Source of the DNA: Fibrobacteria bacterium
Lineage (GTDB): Bacteria; Fibrobacterota; Fibrobacteria; UBA11236
Length of the DNA stretch: 37,902 bases
Direction: 5' to 3'
NCBI GenBank assembly: GCA_041746255.1
Contig: JBGTHM010000011.1
Span: forward strand, 1 to 37,902
The position numbers and the translations under genes are program-made. The notes beneath the pieces were generated by a model that ran no database searches, was not told the DNA's origin, and was given only the letters and a program-made list of their open reading frames with translations. The stretch's first letter is position 1, and every line of letters starts with the position of its first letter. This document shows, piece after piece, positions 1 through 9,182 of the stretch.

Positions 1-48
1 ATCGCGGATTCCATCTTCGCCATTTTGGAAACCGGGCGACGGAATTAG
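1..48 (+). CDS. possible 3' end of a gene entering from the left (…IADSIFAILETGRRN*)
   Basis: Open frame from base 1 to TAG at 46-48, converging on the stop of the next gene at 56. Too short to identify. Confidence 0.3.
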   Translation: MADSIFAILETGRRN

Positions 49-55
49 GTTCTAC

Positions 56-1858
56 TCACAAGGTTTCCTTGTAGCTTTCCAACCTACGCAAAACGGTATT
101 GACGAATCTATCTTGCGGGGACCGCAGGGGTGAACGCCTCCGCTCGAGCGGCATCCACTGCCCGGGCAAAAGCACCTGGGATTCTATCACTAAATCCACT
201 ACTCCCTGCCACCTGACGCGGTCGAGTTTCTTCCGCGCGGCCAAGGCATCCTTTACTATCCACACCAAACCGTCCCCTGTCATGCGGCAATCGAAATTGA
301 TGACCTGAGATCGGGACTTTACCACCCGCAGCGCCTCTTGCGGAGCATCCGACGCCGCCCGGATAAGTCGGAGATATAATTGTTCGAATCGGCGTAATTG
401 CTTTTTACGGTAATCAGTAAGCGCCAGGTCGTCGTCACCCGCATAAGAAGCCCTTAGTATTCCATCCAAATCTTCTGGTGGAAGGCCGGGAACCGAGTCC
501 CCTCCGTCCCAATTCCGTTCCAATTGAACCGGGAATTCACGTAAAAGATTTCTCACGATATACGCGGGAAAATGCGTGACGCCATCGGGGACTTTTTCGA
601 GACCGCCGCTTACCTTGGCTTTTTCCAGGCGTCCCAGAAGCGTCCGTATCTCCCGTAACGCCGCGCCGTCTTTTTTCGTTATCTGCTGTCCTTGCCCGTC
701 GGTAAAACCCAACCGCCAAATCCACAAGCGTCCGGCATGCGCATCGAAGGCCTTGTCGAAGCGCCGCAAGCAACCCGAGTCGGCGAATTGCGCCAGGGGT
801 TTCTTTTCGCCGGAAATAATGAACTCCACACCTTGCGCGAACGTTTGCAAAATGCGCCGCAGCCACCGTCGCTGTTCCGGCAATGAAGCGGATAGCCGGT
901 CCACGTCTTCGTAACGGTATTGATCGTGGAATGCCGCGAATTGGCGAATGGATCCGTAGTCGAGCAGCGAGCCATCCATCAATAAATTGTCTCCGTCCCA
1001 CGAGAACCAGGAGAAGATATATTCCTCGGCCAATTGGGCGCCCAAAGCGGCGTAACGCTCCGCCAGTAAATCCAGCGCCGCGCTCAGCCGTGCCGGATTT
1101 TCCCGCGGCAATTCCCACTCCCCGTTGCTCTCCTGACGCTCGATAAAATATTCCATGGCGCGCCGTAGCTCTTCGCGTCTGCCCAATTTCAAATAGCGGA
1201 ACAAATGCGCCGGCCGTATCAGGTTTTGCGCCGCACGCACTCCCACCGCCGAGCCGTCCGGAAAGTCGATGACGGCCAGGCACCTTTCCGTGGGGATCCC
1301 GCGCCGATGAAAAATTTCGCTCATCACCGCGCCGCCCAACATCTCGTCCGTATCGGCGCGTCCCGAGGCATACCCTTGCGTCTCGTCCCCCGTTTGGATT
1401 ACCTTCCGGGCTTCTTGTGCTCCCGGACTCAAACAAGTCGCCCCCGTTCCCCGGCTGGAAAGGTCCCAGGTTTTCCCCTTGTGGCGTAAACATCCGTTCC
1501 AAATGCTCCGGCCATCCCCCGAGGTTTTGCCCCGTTTGTCGCGGTGTTGTTGCTGCAAATATCGGGTGGCCATAAAAGGACCCGCCACCTCCACTTTATC
1601 GAATAACTCCGGCCGGTTTTCCGCATCCCATTCGTTCAGAATTTCCAGGCAAAACGTGTCGAGTATGATTTTTTCCAAGGTAGGGTTGAGCGCATCCGGA
1701 TGTTCAACGGGAATCAATCCCATTTCGCGAGCCAAGGCAAAATTGAAATACAAGACCTTACCGCCTGTCCTGCGACGCGCTTTATAATCGACGAAGCCGT
1801 CGGGGGCGGCCACGCGCCAAGGATGACTCCCGTTGATGCGGTGGAAGCGATTGTACAT
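56..1858 (-). CDS. SelO/YdiU-family (pseudokinase-fold AMPylase-like) protein, divergent
   Basis: 600 aa. SelO motifs appear in order: SGDGRS, SSRGTG, SEIFHRRGIPTERCL, and DN-x8-DYG (DNLLMDGSLLDYG). AAGGAGAGG RBS upstream. Confidence 0.75.
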   Translation of the reverse strand: MYNRFHRINGSHPWRVAAPDGFVDYKARRRTGGKVLYFNFALAREMGLIPVEHPDALNPTLEKIILDTFCLEILNEWDAENRPELFDKVEVAGPFMATRYLQQQHRDKRGKTSGDGRSIWNGCLRHKGKTWDLSSRGTGATCLSPGAQEARKVIQTGDETQGYASGRADTDEMLGGAVMSEIFHRRGIPTERCLAVIDFPDGSAVGVRAAQNLIRPAHLFRYLKLGRREELRRAMEYFIERQESNGEWELPRENPARLSAALDLLAERYAALGAQLAEEYIFSWFSWDGDNLLMDGSLLDYGSIRQFAAFHDQYRYEDVDRLSASLPEQRRWLRRILQTFAQGVEFIISGEKKPLAQFADSGCLRRFDKAFDAHAGRLWIWRLGFTDGQGQQITKKDGAALREIRTLLGRLEKAKVSGGLEKVPDGVTHFPAYIVRNLLREFPVQLERNWDGGDSVPGLPPEDLDGILRASYAGDDDLALTDYRKKQLRRFEQLYLRLIRAASDAPQEALRVVKSRSQVINFDCRMTGDGLVWIVKDALAARKKLDRVRWQGVVDLVIESQVLLPGQWMPLERRRSPLRSPQDRFVNTVLRRLESYKETL

Positions 1859-2081
1859 GCGGTAATCCTCTCCTTACTATTATAGAGCTTGACTACCACC
1901 CAGAGCCATCCCGATTTGAGTTCTTATAAGGAATCGTGGTGATTTCCGAAGATAATGGGTCTATTTTTCGGCATTTTAATACGAAGGCTTGCTTGGATCG
2001 GATTTCAAACAAGCAAATCTCTTGTTTTATCTGTCAATCGCGGTGAAAAAAGGATAGGATTAGGCCTTTAGGAAGCGCAGC

Positions 2082-2990
2082 ATGTTCCCGTTTTTTCCGG
2101 AGGCTCTTTTGCGGAAACTCTTCATCCTGTTTCAGATACCGGTTTGTCTCATCAGCATGAGCATGGCGGCTAAACCGTCCACATCATCCGACCGCAGTGT
2201 GACGATCGAATGGAACGCGGATTCGTCGGTAATCACCTACAAGACCTTCTATCCCAACGGGAAGGTGAGAAGTTCAGCTCCCAGTGTCGAAGGCAGAGTA
2301 CAGGGAACGGTGCTACTTTACTTTCCCAATGGGAGAATCCATAAGCGCATTGAATATTCCGACGGATTGATTCAGGGGGACTATGAGCAGTATCACTCCA
2401 ATGGCCAAGTGAAAACCCGCAATAATTACGATCGAAACAACCTATTACTGGAAAAAAGAATCGATTTCGACAGCACGGGCAAGCAAATTTCCAAATGGAA
2501 TGCCTCCGGTGAAAATCCACGGACGGGTCGGCTGGATATTTATGAGAGGGATAAAGTACGCGAAAGCATCGGGCTTAAAGACGGTTGGCGCGAAGGCGTT
2601 CATGTGAAGCTTACGGCGGCGGGTGATACGCTTCATCGGGAATTTTATAGCCAAGGCCGACTCGATACAGCTCGAAGTTTTTGGAGTGTGGACTATGTGG
2701 ATCCCGAACGCTCCAAGGAATCGTTACTCCAAGCGGTAACGCCCTATTTGCCGAATATTAAATCTGCATACGAAAGAGTGGTTAAGGAAAAAGTCGCATC
2801 GAGCTCCATTTTATTTTTTATCGGCGTACAGGCTGACGGTAAAGTGGGCTGGGTATTTCCGATTATGGATACCTTGTTGAAGCCCCAATTGGTAAAAGCC
2901 TTGATGAAGGAGATCCTGACCTGGAAATTCCCGACACATAAATCACCCGAGGATCAATATCTGACCTTGCCGCTCAATTTCGCCGATTAG
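2082..2990 (+). CDS. MORN-variant/YwqK-like repeat protein with C-terminal TonB-C/AgmX-PglI-like domain
   Basis: Hydrophobic N-terminus. Repeats YPNGKV, YFPNGRI, YHSNGQV. C-terminus has IKSAYER…IGVQADGKV…ILTWKFP…LTLPLNF. Confidence 0.65.
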   Translation: MFPFFPEALLRKLFILFQIPVCLISMSMAAKPSTSSDRSVTIEWNADSSVITYKTFYPNGKVRSSAPSVEGRVQGTVLLYFPNGRIHKRIEYSDGLIQGDYEQYHSNGQVKTRNNYDRNNLLLEKRIDFDSTGKQISKWNASGENPRTGRLDIYERDKVRESIGLKDGWREGVHVKLTAAGDTLHREFYSQGRLDTARSFWSVDYVDPERSKESLLQAVTPYLPNIKSAYERVVKEKVASSSILFFIGVQADGKVGWVFPIMDTLLKPQLVKALMKEILTWKFPTHKSPEDQYLTLPLNFAD

Positions 2991-3082
2991 GCCGATACAA
3001 CTTCCTCAATCCTCCCGACAGGGAGCCTGCCGCCGGCCGCCTGGTACGTTCACGGGCGTTTATTGCTAAATTACCATTCCAC

Positions 3083-5005
3083 GTGGATACTCTGATTTCA
3101 TTTCCCAACCTCGAGCCCACCGGCCCCGAATTCCCGCCCGTGACGGTTTCGGAAACCGGGGTATTACCCGAAGAAGCGGCCGGACAAACCGCCGAATTGC
3201 ATCGGGCCCTCACGCATACGTTCGGCTATAATGTCTTCCGTCCTCACCAACTTGAAATTGTACGGAATATCGTGGATGGGCGCGACGTTTTCGCGGTCAT
3301 GCCCACCAGAGGCGGAAAGTCATTATGCTATCAGCTCCCCGCACGGGTTCTGAACGGAACCGCTGTAGTTATCAGTCCGCTTATCGCCTTGATGAAGGAC
3401 CAGGTGGACGCGGCCCGGCAGAACAATCTCGCCGCCTCTTTTCTGAACAGTTCGCTGTCCGCTTCCGACGCATCCTCGGTTTACCGGGAAATGCAAAGCG
3501 GCGTTCTCGATTTGCTGTACATTTCGCCGGAGCGCTTCGCCTTGGAAGCCTTCGTGAAAAGCCTGAAACAGATGCCCATCTCGTTTTTCGCCGTGGATGA
3601 AGCCCATTGCCTTTCGGAATGGGGTCATGATTTCCGTCCCGATTACCTTGGTTTATCCGGCATCCGCCGCCACTTTCCCGAAATCCCCATAGCCGCCTTC
3701 ACTGCCACCGCGACTTCGCTGGTCGCCACGGATATCCGCACCAAGCTGGCCTTGCGCAATCCTTATCTGGTAAGAGCCTCCTTCAACCGCCCCAATCTTT
3801 ATTATGAGGTGCGAGCCAAGCAAAAGGTAGAGGCCCAGATCCTGGATTTTGTGCGCTCGCATCCCGAAGATCCCGGAATCGTATACCGCACCACCCGCGA
3901 TTCGGTGGAAAAAACCGCCGCATTTCTGGCCAAGCATGGGATCAATGCCCTTCCCTATCATGCGGGACTGCCGCAAAATACCCGGGTCAAGCATCAGGAA
4001 GCCTTCAGCCGCGACGAAGCCCAGGTAATCGTAGCCACCATAGCCTTTGGTATGGGTATCGACAAATCGAACGTGCGGTTCGTATTGCATGCCGACCTGC
4101 CTAAAAGCATGGAGGGGTACTATCAGGAAACCGGTCGCGCGGGACGCGACGGCGACGCTTCCGCATGCGTGCTTTTTTACGGGGGCGGCGACATTCCCAA
4201 GCTGCGGCATTTTCTGGATCAAATGCCCGAGGGTCCGGAAAAAGATTCCGCTCTGAAAAAGCTGAACCAGATGGCCGAATTCGCGTCCCGCTTCCTCTGC
4301 CGCCGACGGCAATTACTGGCCTATTTCGAAGAAGTTATCCAAACGGAAAATTGCGCCTCCTGCGACATCTGCAAAGGACTGGTGGAAACCGTGGACGCCT
4401 CCCGGGAAACGCAAATGCTGATTTCGGCCATTGTGCGCACGGGTGAACGCTTCGGCGCGGGCCATGTCATCGACATCCTGCTGGGAGCCGATACCCAGAG
4501 GATACGGGATCTCGGACATGACGCCTTGAAAACCCACGGCGTGGGAAAGCATAAGGACCGTAATTATTGGCGGTTTTTGGCCGGTGAATTGGTGGCACGC
4601 AATATTCTCGCGCTGGATCCCGGCCCCTACCCGATTTTGAAGCTGACCGGGGATTGCCTCCCTCTGCTCAAGGGCGAAGCCAATTTCGAGATTCTCAAAG
4701 GCAGGGACGAAGTCAAGGAACGGAAAAAGGCGGGGAAAAACCGCGAGGCCGATAGCGGAAGCGAACCCACCGGAGACGATGGTTTGTTCCAAGCCTTGCG
4801 CGCCTTGCGTAAAACCTTGGCGGCGGGCCAGGGCATTCCGCCGTATATGGTTTTTTCCGACAAGACCTTGCATGAGATGTGCACCAAGCTTCCCGTGACG
4901 TTGGCCGATTTGCGCGAGGTATCGGGAGTCGGCGACGCGAAGCTGGAGCGCTATGGCGAAGAGTTCGTGCGCGCGATTATAGCCTACGACGGAAATTCAT
5001 TGTAA
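3083..5005 (+). CDS. recQ: ATP-dependent DNA helicase RecQ
   Basis: GGKSLCYQLP, VDEAHCLSEWGHDFRP, VATIAFGMGIDK, YYQETGRAGRDG, Zn-binding CRR…C-x2-CD-x-C, RQC region and C-terminal HRDC (PPYMVFSDKTL). GTG start. Confidence 0.97.
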   Translation: MDTLISFPNLEPTGPEFPPVTVSETGVLPEEAAGQTAELHRALTHTFGYNVFRPHQLEIVRNIVDGRDVFAVMPTRGGKSLCYQLPARVLNGTAVVISPLIALMKDQVDAARQNNLAASFLNSSLSASDASSVYREMQSGVLDLLYISPERFALEAFVKSLKQMPISFFAVDEAHCLSEWGHDFRPDYLGLSGIRRHFPEIPIAAFTATATSLVATDIRTKLALRNPYLVRASFNRPNLYYEVRAKQKVEAQILDFVRSHPEDPGIVYRTTRDSVEKTAAFLAKHGINALPYHAGLPQNTRVKHQEAFSRDEAQVIVATIAFGMGIDKSNVRFVLHADLPKSMEGYYQETGRAGRDGDASACVLFYGGGDIPKLRHFLDQMPEGPEKDSALKKLNQMAEFASRFLCRRRQLLAYFEEVIQTENCASCDICKGLVETVDASRETQMLISAIVRTGERFGAGHVIDILLGADTQRIRDLGHDALKTHGVGKHKDRNYWRFLAGELVARNILALDPGPYPILKLTGDCLPLLKGEANFEILKGRDEVKERKKAGKNREADSGSEPTGDDGLFQALRALRKTLAAGQGIPPYMVFSDKTLHEMCTKLPVTLADLREVSGVGDAKLERYGEEFVRAIIAYDGNSL

Positions 5006-5133
5006 CCGTCGCCCTGTCTGCAAGCTCCCAAGCAGACGGGAAATTCTTGCCATGGCCTCCCCCAGGATTTAGGTTAAGCACAAGGCCAGAGCGCCTCACG
5101 TCGGCTGATTATCTCCCTTTAGCGAGGCGTTAT

Positions 5134-5442
5134 ATGCAAGCAGTGGAAAGACATGAAATCGAAGCGGACTGGCGCCTGCGCGGTTTCAGCTGCGATATGT
5201 GGGTTGAGCCTCCCGGCGCCAAGTGGGAGGATTTCATCCATGACATGGATGAATTGGTGGTGGTGCTGGTCGGGCATGTGGAATTCGAAATCCAGGGACA
5301 GCGCCACCGACCGGCCATAGGAGAGGAATTGCGGATTCCCGCGGGGGCCCGCCATTCCATTCGCAATTTAGGCGACACCTCCGCACGTTGGTTATATGGT
5401 TATGACAAGGGGGGAGCCGCCGATCCTTCCTTCTTTGGTTGA
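5134..5442 (+). CDS. cupin domain protein
   Basis: H-x3-E…G…IPAGARHSIRN cupin motifs. ATG at 5134 follows GAGG. The ORF-track extension to 4879 overlaps recQ and is not coding. Confidence 0.85.
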   Translation: MQAVERHEIEADWRLRGFSCDMWVEPPGAKWEDFIHDMDELVVVLVGHVEFEIQGQRHRPAIGEELRIPAGARHSIRNLGDTSARWLYGYDKGGAADPSFFG

Positions 5443-5507
5443 AGCCGTCTACACCCTGAGCCTACCATCGGGTTTTTATCTACCTTCCCGACCCTTTGGG
5501 AGGAAAA

Positions 5508-6215
5508 GTGGAAGAAACTCGAAGGGAAAATTCCCTTCTTAAATTGCAGGAACCCGGGCCCTGGAGTCAAGCCCTGGCCGCAGCCCGCGCCAATCTTATT
5601 CCAGGATTGGTTCTGCAAAGCTTCGCCCTGGCCATCGTATTCGGGTATTATTTCCTTCCACCTTTTCAGGCATTTCTCAACCAAATCGCCGATTTCAAAA
5701 CCGCATGGGGCTGGTGGTACAGCCTGGTGGCCACCGCCCTATTCGGCGGGTTAATCCCTTTTCTCTATCTCCGATTGCATCCGGCCACGCGCGCCTCTAC
5801 TCCCCCGGCCTATCTTCTCTTTTACTTGGTTTTCTGGGGATACAAGGGATTGGAAGTAGATGCCCTGTATCGATTGCAGGCCCTGGTATTCGGCTCCCAT
5901 CCCGATATTTCCACCATTGCGGCCAAAGTGGCTGTAGACCAATTCATTTACAACCCATTTTGGACCGCACCTACCGCCCTGGTGGTTTTTCTGTGGAAAG
6001 ACGAAGGGTTCCGCCTAAACCGTTTGCAGAACCGCAACTGGATTGCCTTCTTCCGCCGGACCCTGCCCGCGGCGTTGCTGGGTACCTGGGCCGTATGGAT
6101 GCCCACAGTCGCGATTATCTATGCCTTGCCTTCCGCCCTGCAAGTTCCGCTTTTCAATATCGTGCTTTGCTTCTGGGTGCTCATGTTCACCACCTTGACG
6201 CGTCCTAAAGTTTGA
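5508..6215 (+). CDS. Mpv17/PMP22-like integral membrane protein
   Basis: Several TM segments. KVAVDQFIYNP and W-x2-W-x-P…IYALP-x2-LQ motifs. GTG at 5508 follows GGAGGA. Confidence 0.75.
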   Translation: MEETRRENSLLKLQEPGPWSQALAAARANLIPGLVLQSFALAIVFGYYFLPPFQAFLNQIADFKTAWGWWYSLVATALFGGLIPFLYLRLHPATRASTPPAYLLFYLVFWGYKGLEVDALYRLQALVFGSHPDISTIAAKVAVDQFIYNPFWTAPTALVVFLWKDEGFRLNRLQNRNWIAFFRRTLPAALLGTWAVWMPTVAIIYALPSALQVPLFNIVLCFWVLMFTTLTRPKV

Positions 6216-6480
6216 TGGGATAAGGCCCGGCACGAAAAACTTTTGCGGCCTTATCAACTTATGCACCAAGCATCCTCGCGTATCCTAGATAAAAAACACT
6301 ACTTTGATCTGCTCCTACTGGGTAAACCATAACGTTGTCATGGGATCGTACGGGTTCGGATAGTTGGGATTGAGCTTGGTCTCATAGGGGCGGGTTCGCC
6401 TTCGTCATCACCAAATCGAACAATTCGCTTTTATTGTTGAAGTCCAAAACATCCAGCACATTATTCTGGTCTTACTGATA
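6216..6480 (-). pseudogene. decayed C-terminal secretion/FlgD-Ig-like (T9SS type A-like) domain remnant
   Basis: Minus-strand translation from 6383 reads ETKLNPNYPNPYDPMTTLWFTQ*EQIKVVFFI*DTRGCLVHKLIRP…PG, matching the NYPNPFNP…IYD-x-RG-x-LV pattern. Stops at 6315-6317 and 6285-6287, probable frameshift near 6390. Confidence 0.65.
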
Positions 6481-6569
6481 ACCGAACAGGGGACATTGAG
6501 AACAAGGATCGGAAATTCAGCAGCCTGCATGCCATTGAAATGTCCATGCCTATTTGCGCTTCAACTGTT

Positions 6570-7871
6570 TCATTGTGCCGATAACCGCTTACCTTCCAGA
6601 GAATAGCGAACGCCATCCCGAATTATGGACAGGCTGTTTCCCAACAAAGTCAAGCCACGGTATCCTTTCACATCAGGGCGACCTACAGATTCTTGGATTC
6701 CCATAACTCCCTCTTTCCCCAACTCACCGTGTGTCATTGTTTCCCAGATCATATGGTGGGTGCTATGTCCCGAGGGGCGAATCTTGCTGATGATTAGTTG
6801 CTTCGTGAAAGGCATCTCCCGCCCCATACGGTTATGGAAATGGTTGTACCCGATTTCCCAGGTATCTACCAAACGTATCTTAGCTAGCTTTCCACCACAG
6901 AGGCCTGCGGGGGGTGAGTTTCCTAAAAGAATTCTCGCATGAAATTCCATGCCTGCAATGATTCTGTCCGCCTCTTCGCCGTAGAGATCAATACGCTGAT
7001 GAAAGGCGATTTCAGCTCCATTGATCAGAGCGGCTAAGCCCATCTGGGTATGGCCGAAATCCCGGCATGTCTCCTGGCACAGTCCATTCGGCCAAATCTT
7101 GGGAGAATACCATCTCTTGATCAGATTCGTGGGATCGTCAAAATTTTTGGTGTTAGCAGGCCTAAGGGGAAGGGGCCCGTCAGACGTAAGGTAGAAATAG
7201 GCCGGCACCCTTTTTCGCCAGAGGGATACGCCCTGATTGAAGGCGATGGAGTCCTCGTTGAATATCGCGATCGAAAGAGTTGCCTCGATGAAGGACAACT
7301 CCCAATTGCCGTTACGAGTCGCGGCCCCGTTCCTGACTAAAGGCAAAAAGGCCTTGTTCATCATCGATTGGAACTGGTTGCGGCTGGCCTCACCCCAGGC
7401 GGGATAGGTGTTTCGGAGTATCATAGCTGCACGCACAAAAACAGGTGCAACCCAGGAAGCCTGTAAGGGCGCATTATTGTTCGTATGGGATTCAAGCACC
7501 GTGGACCAGGCATCTAGAATGGCGGCGGATTTGGAAGCATGGGCCACTTTTCCGGTGAACATCCAGAGCAACGCTTGGGTATAAGCTGCTTTGGCATCAT
7601 CCTTTTCATCGGAACAACCGACGTCAGGCATGGAGTAATAACCGCAATCCACATTGGCTCTGGGACGCGGAGACCTAATGAGGGAAGCAAAGCCATCCGA
7701 CTGCATCTTTGCGAATGCGCTTTTCCATGGCTCGACCCCGGCCTCGACTCGACCTTTAATGTATTCCAATTGGTTTTGGTTATTGAGAATGGCTTGCTGG
7801 TAGGGTTGTGCCGCCGTCAACCGTGCAAGGTTCCCGATCAATATGAAATAAATTACATAGGATTTTAGCAT
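6570..7871 (-). CDS. secreted alginate-lyase-domain (PF05426-like) polysaccharide lyase
   Basis: Signal peptide. AILDAWS, NGNWE, QETCRDFGHTQMG and WEIGYNHFHNR motifs. C-terminal YSLEGKR tail. AGGAG RBS. Confidence 0.8.
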   Translation of the reverse strand: MLKSYVIYFILIGNLARLTAAQPYQQAILNNQNQLEYIKGRVEAGVEPWKSAFAKMQSDGFASLIRSPRPRANVDCGYYSMPDVGCSDEKDDAKAAYTQALLWMFTGKVAHASKSAAILDAWSTVLESHTNNNAPLQASWVAPVFVRAAMILRNTYPAWGEASRNQFQSMMNKAFLPLVRNGAATRNGNWELSFIEATLSIAIFNEDSIAFNQGVSLWRKRVPAYFYLTSDGPLPLRPANTKNFDDPTNLIKRWYSPKIWPNGLCQETCRDFGHTQMGLAALINGAEIAFHQRIDLYGEEADRIIAGMEFHARILLGNSPPAGLCGGKLAKIRLVDTWEIGYNHFHNRMGREMPFTKQLIISKIRPSGHSTHHMIWETMTHGELGKEGVMGIQESVGRPDVKGYRGLTLLGNSLSIIRDGVRYSLEGKRLSAQ

Positions 7872-7892
7872 AACTGAATCACTCCTATTTAT

Positions 7893-7907
7893 TCGTTAAA
7901 TTAACGA
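7893..7907. promoter_or_regulatory. perfect 15-bp palindrome TCGTTAA-A-TTAACGA, candidate operator
   Basis: Perfect 7-bp inverted repeat about 22 bp upstream of the lyase start codon. Confidence 0.35.
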
Positions 7908-8111
7908 CGCAATCCAATTTTCGCCGCTAAAAAAGAAATTATTTTCGTGACAGTTTATGCTTTTAGAGATCACATCCATATCGGACTCGAAATTTTAGAA
8001 TCGGAGTAAGTTCAACGCGACAATGCAAACACCCTTTGGGGGGCAATGTATAGTGAGCTGCACTTAGACCTTCAAGATTTGGTCCCGAAATCGATACGAT
8101 TGAAGGAATAC

Positions 8112-9122
8112 TTACCAAAGGAAAATGAGCGATTTTGAGCGATGCCCGCTATCCTCACTTTTTGGGGAATACGTATCTAGAATCCGACCATCCAAACTCA
8201 ATATTCGAAGAGGCCTGTCAGGACGGGCATTTTGTCGCAGCTCCTCGAACCGTATACTGGCATGGGGGAAATATTGAGTCGACGGCCCAACGCGGACATG
8301 TTCGACCTCATACACGGCTATATTATCGAAATAGGAATACTGGGTGGCGTAAGTGCCGTTTGAATTCCTGGGCGCCCAATCCGGGCTGTTGCCTCCGAGA
8401 AAGGTGGAGAATAATACCTTGTTAATTTCTGCGTCTGCATTATCGAGCTTACGGAATTGTGCGTTTTCACGCTTCTGGACGAGCTTACCGTTCGCATACA
8501 AGCGGAAAACTCCATTGGAAGCCGAGGCGGGCTTATTCACTTTTACATATTGACAAATCGATTGGTATTCGCCTTTTTTCATTTTATAACCATTTACGCC
8601 GGTACCATTCTCTCCATGTGATTTTTTCATTTTCTGATGGTAAGTGTACGTTATAAGACTTCCTCCATTACCCCACATGGCCCGCGCTGACCATCCATCG
8701 GGCTTGATTGGGTTGCCTCCGGTTATCTTATTCACGGGGCCCAGGCCATGTAATTTCCCACCCTTTACAAATTGAAAATTTTTCTCAAACATCACATCGA
8801 AGCAAAGAGTCGCTTCCATCAAATTTTTAGGCAATCTAAGATCAACCACGATTCGCTCGCTACCTCTGGAGTCTCCGACATATTCAGCCTTTAAAGCGGT
8901 AGAGTTACCGACACCCATCGTTTCGGAGAGGGTCAATTTACGATGCTGGAGAAGAGTAGTCAGGAAATTGTTTGAAGGGACAGAAAAATTTGACTTCGAT
9001 TCAAAATCAATCCAGATAACGGGAGTTGGTTCCGCCGCCAATAAGGGATTAAGCCACAGGCCACCGACTAGAGCGATAAAATTGTAGCCAGCTTTTCCCC
9101 GTTTTTTATGATTTGATTGCAC
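8112..9122 (-). CDS. secreted PL14-like polysaccharide lyase
   Basis: FVKGGKLHGLG, GG…DGWSARAMW, YTYH and FSTFLGG…WAP motifs of PL14-type beta-jelly-roll lyases. Probable GTG start at 9122 after a G-rich RBS (ORF track starts at 9155). Confidence 0.8.
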   Translation of the reverse strand: MQSNHKKRGKAGYNFIALVGGLWLNPLLAAEPTPVIWIDFESKSNFSVPSNNFLTTLLQHRKLTLSETMGVGNSTALKAEYVGDSRGSERIVVDLRLPKNLMEATLCFDVMFEKNFQFVKGGKLHGLGPVNKITGGNPIKPDGWSARAMWGNGGSLITYTYHQKMKKSHGENGTGVNGYKMKKGEYQSICQYVKVNKPASASNGVFRLYANGKLVQKRENAQFRKLDNADAEINKVLFSTFLGGNSPDWAPRNSNGTYATQYSYFDNIAVYEVEHVRVGPSTQYFPHASIRFEELRQNARPDRPLRILSLDGRILDTYSPKSEDSGHRSKSLIFLW

Positions 9123-9182
9123 GATATCCCCCCCCTTTTCGTAATTTCCCATCAAATTTTTTACGAGACGAAGTGAACTATT

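Noticed and set aside
5012..5040. Hairpin after recQ
   Set aside because: Stem is present but there is no U-tract, so it cannot be called a terminator.
6219..6255. Inverted repeat GATAAGGCC…GGCCTTATC resembling a REP element or terminator
   Set aside because: Single copy, long loop, no U-tract, and it lies within the pseudogene remnant. It may act as a terminator but is unsupported.
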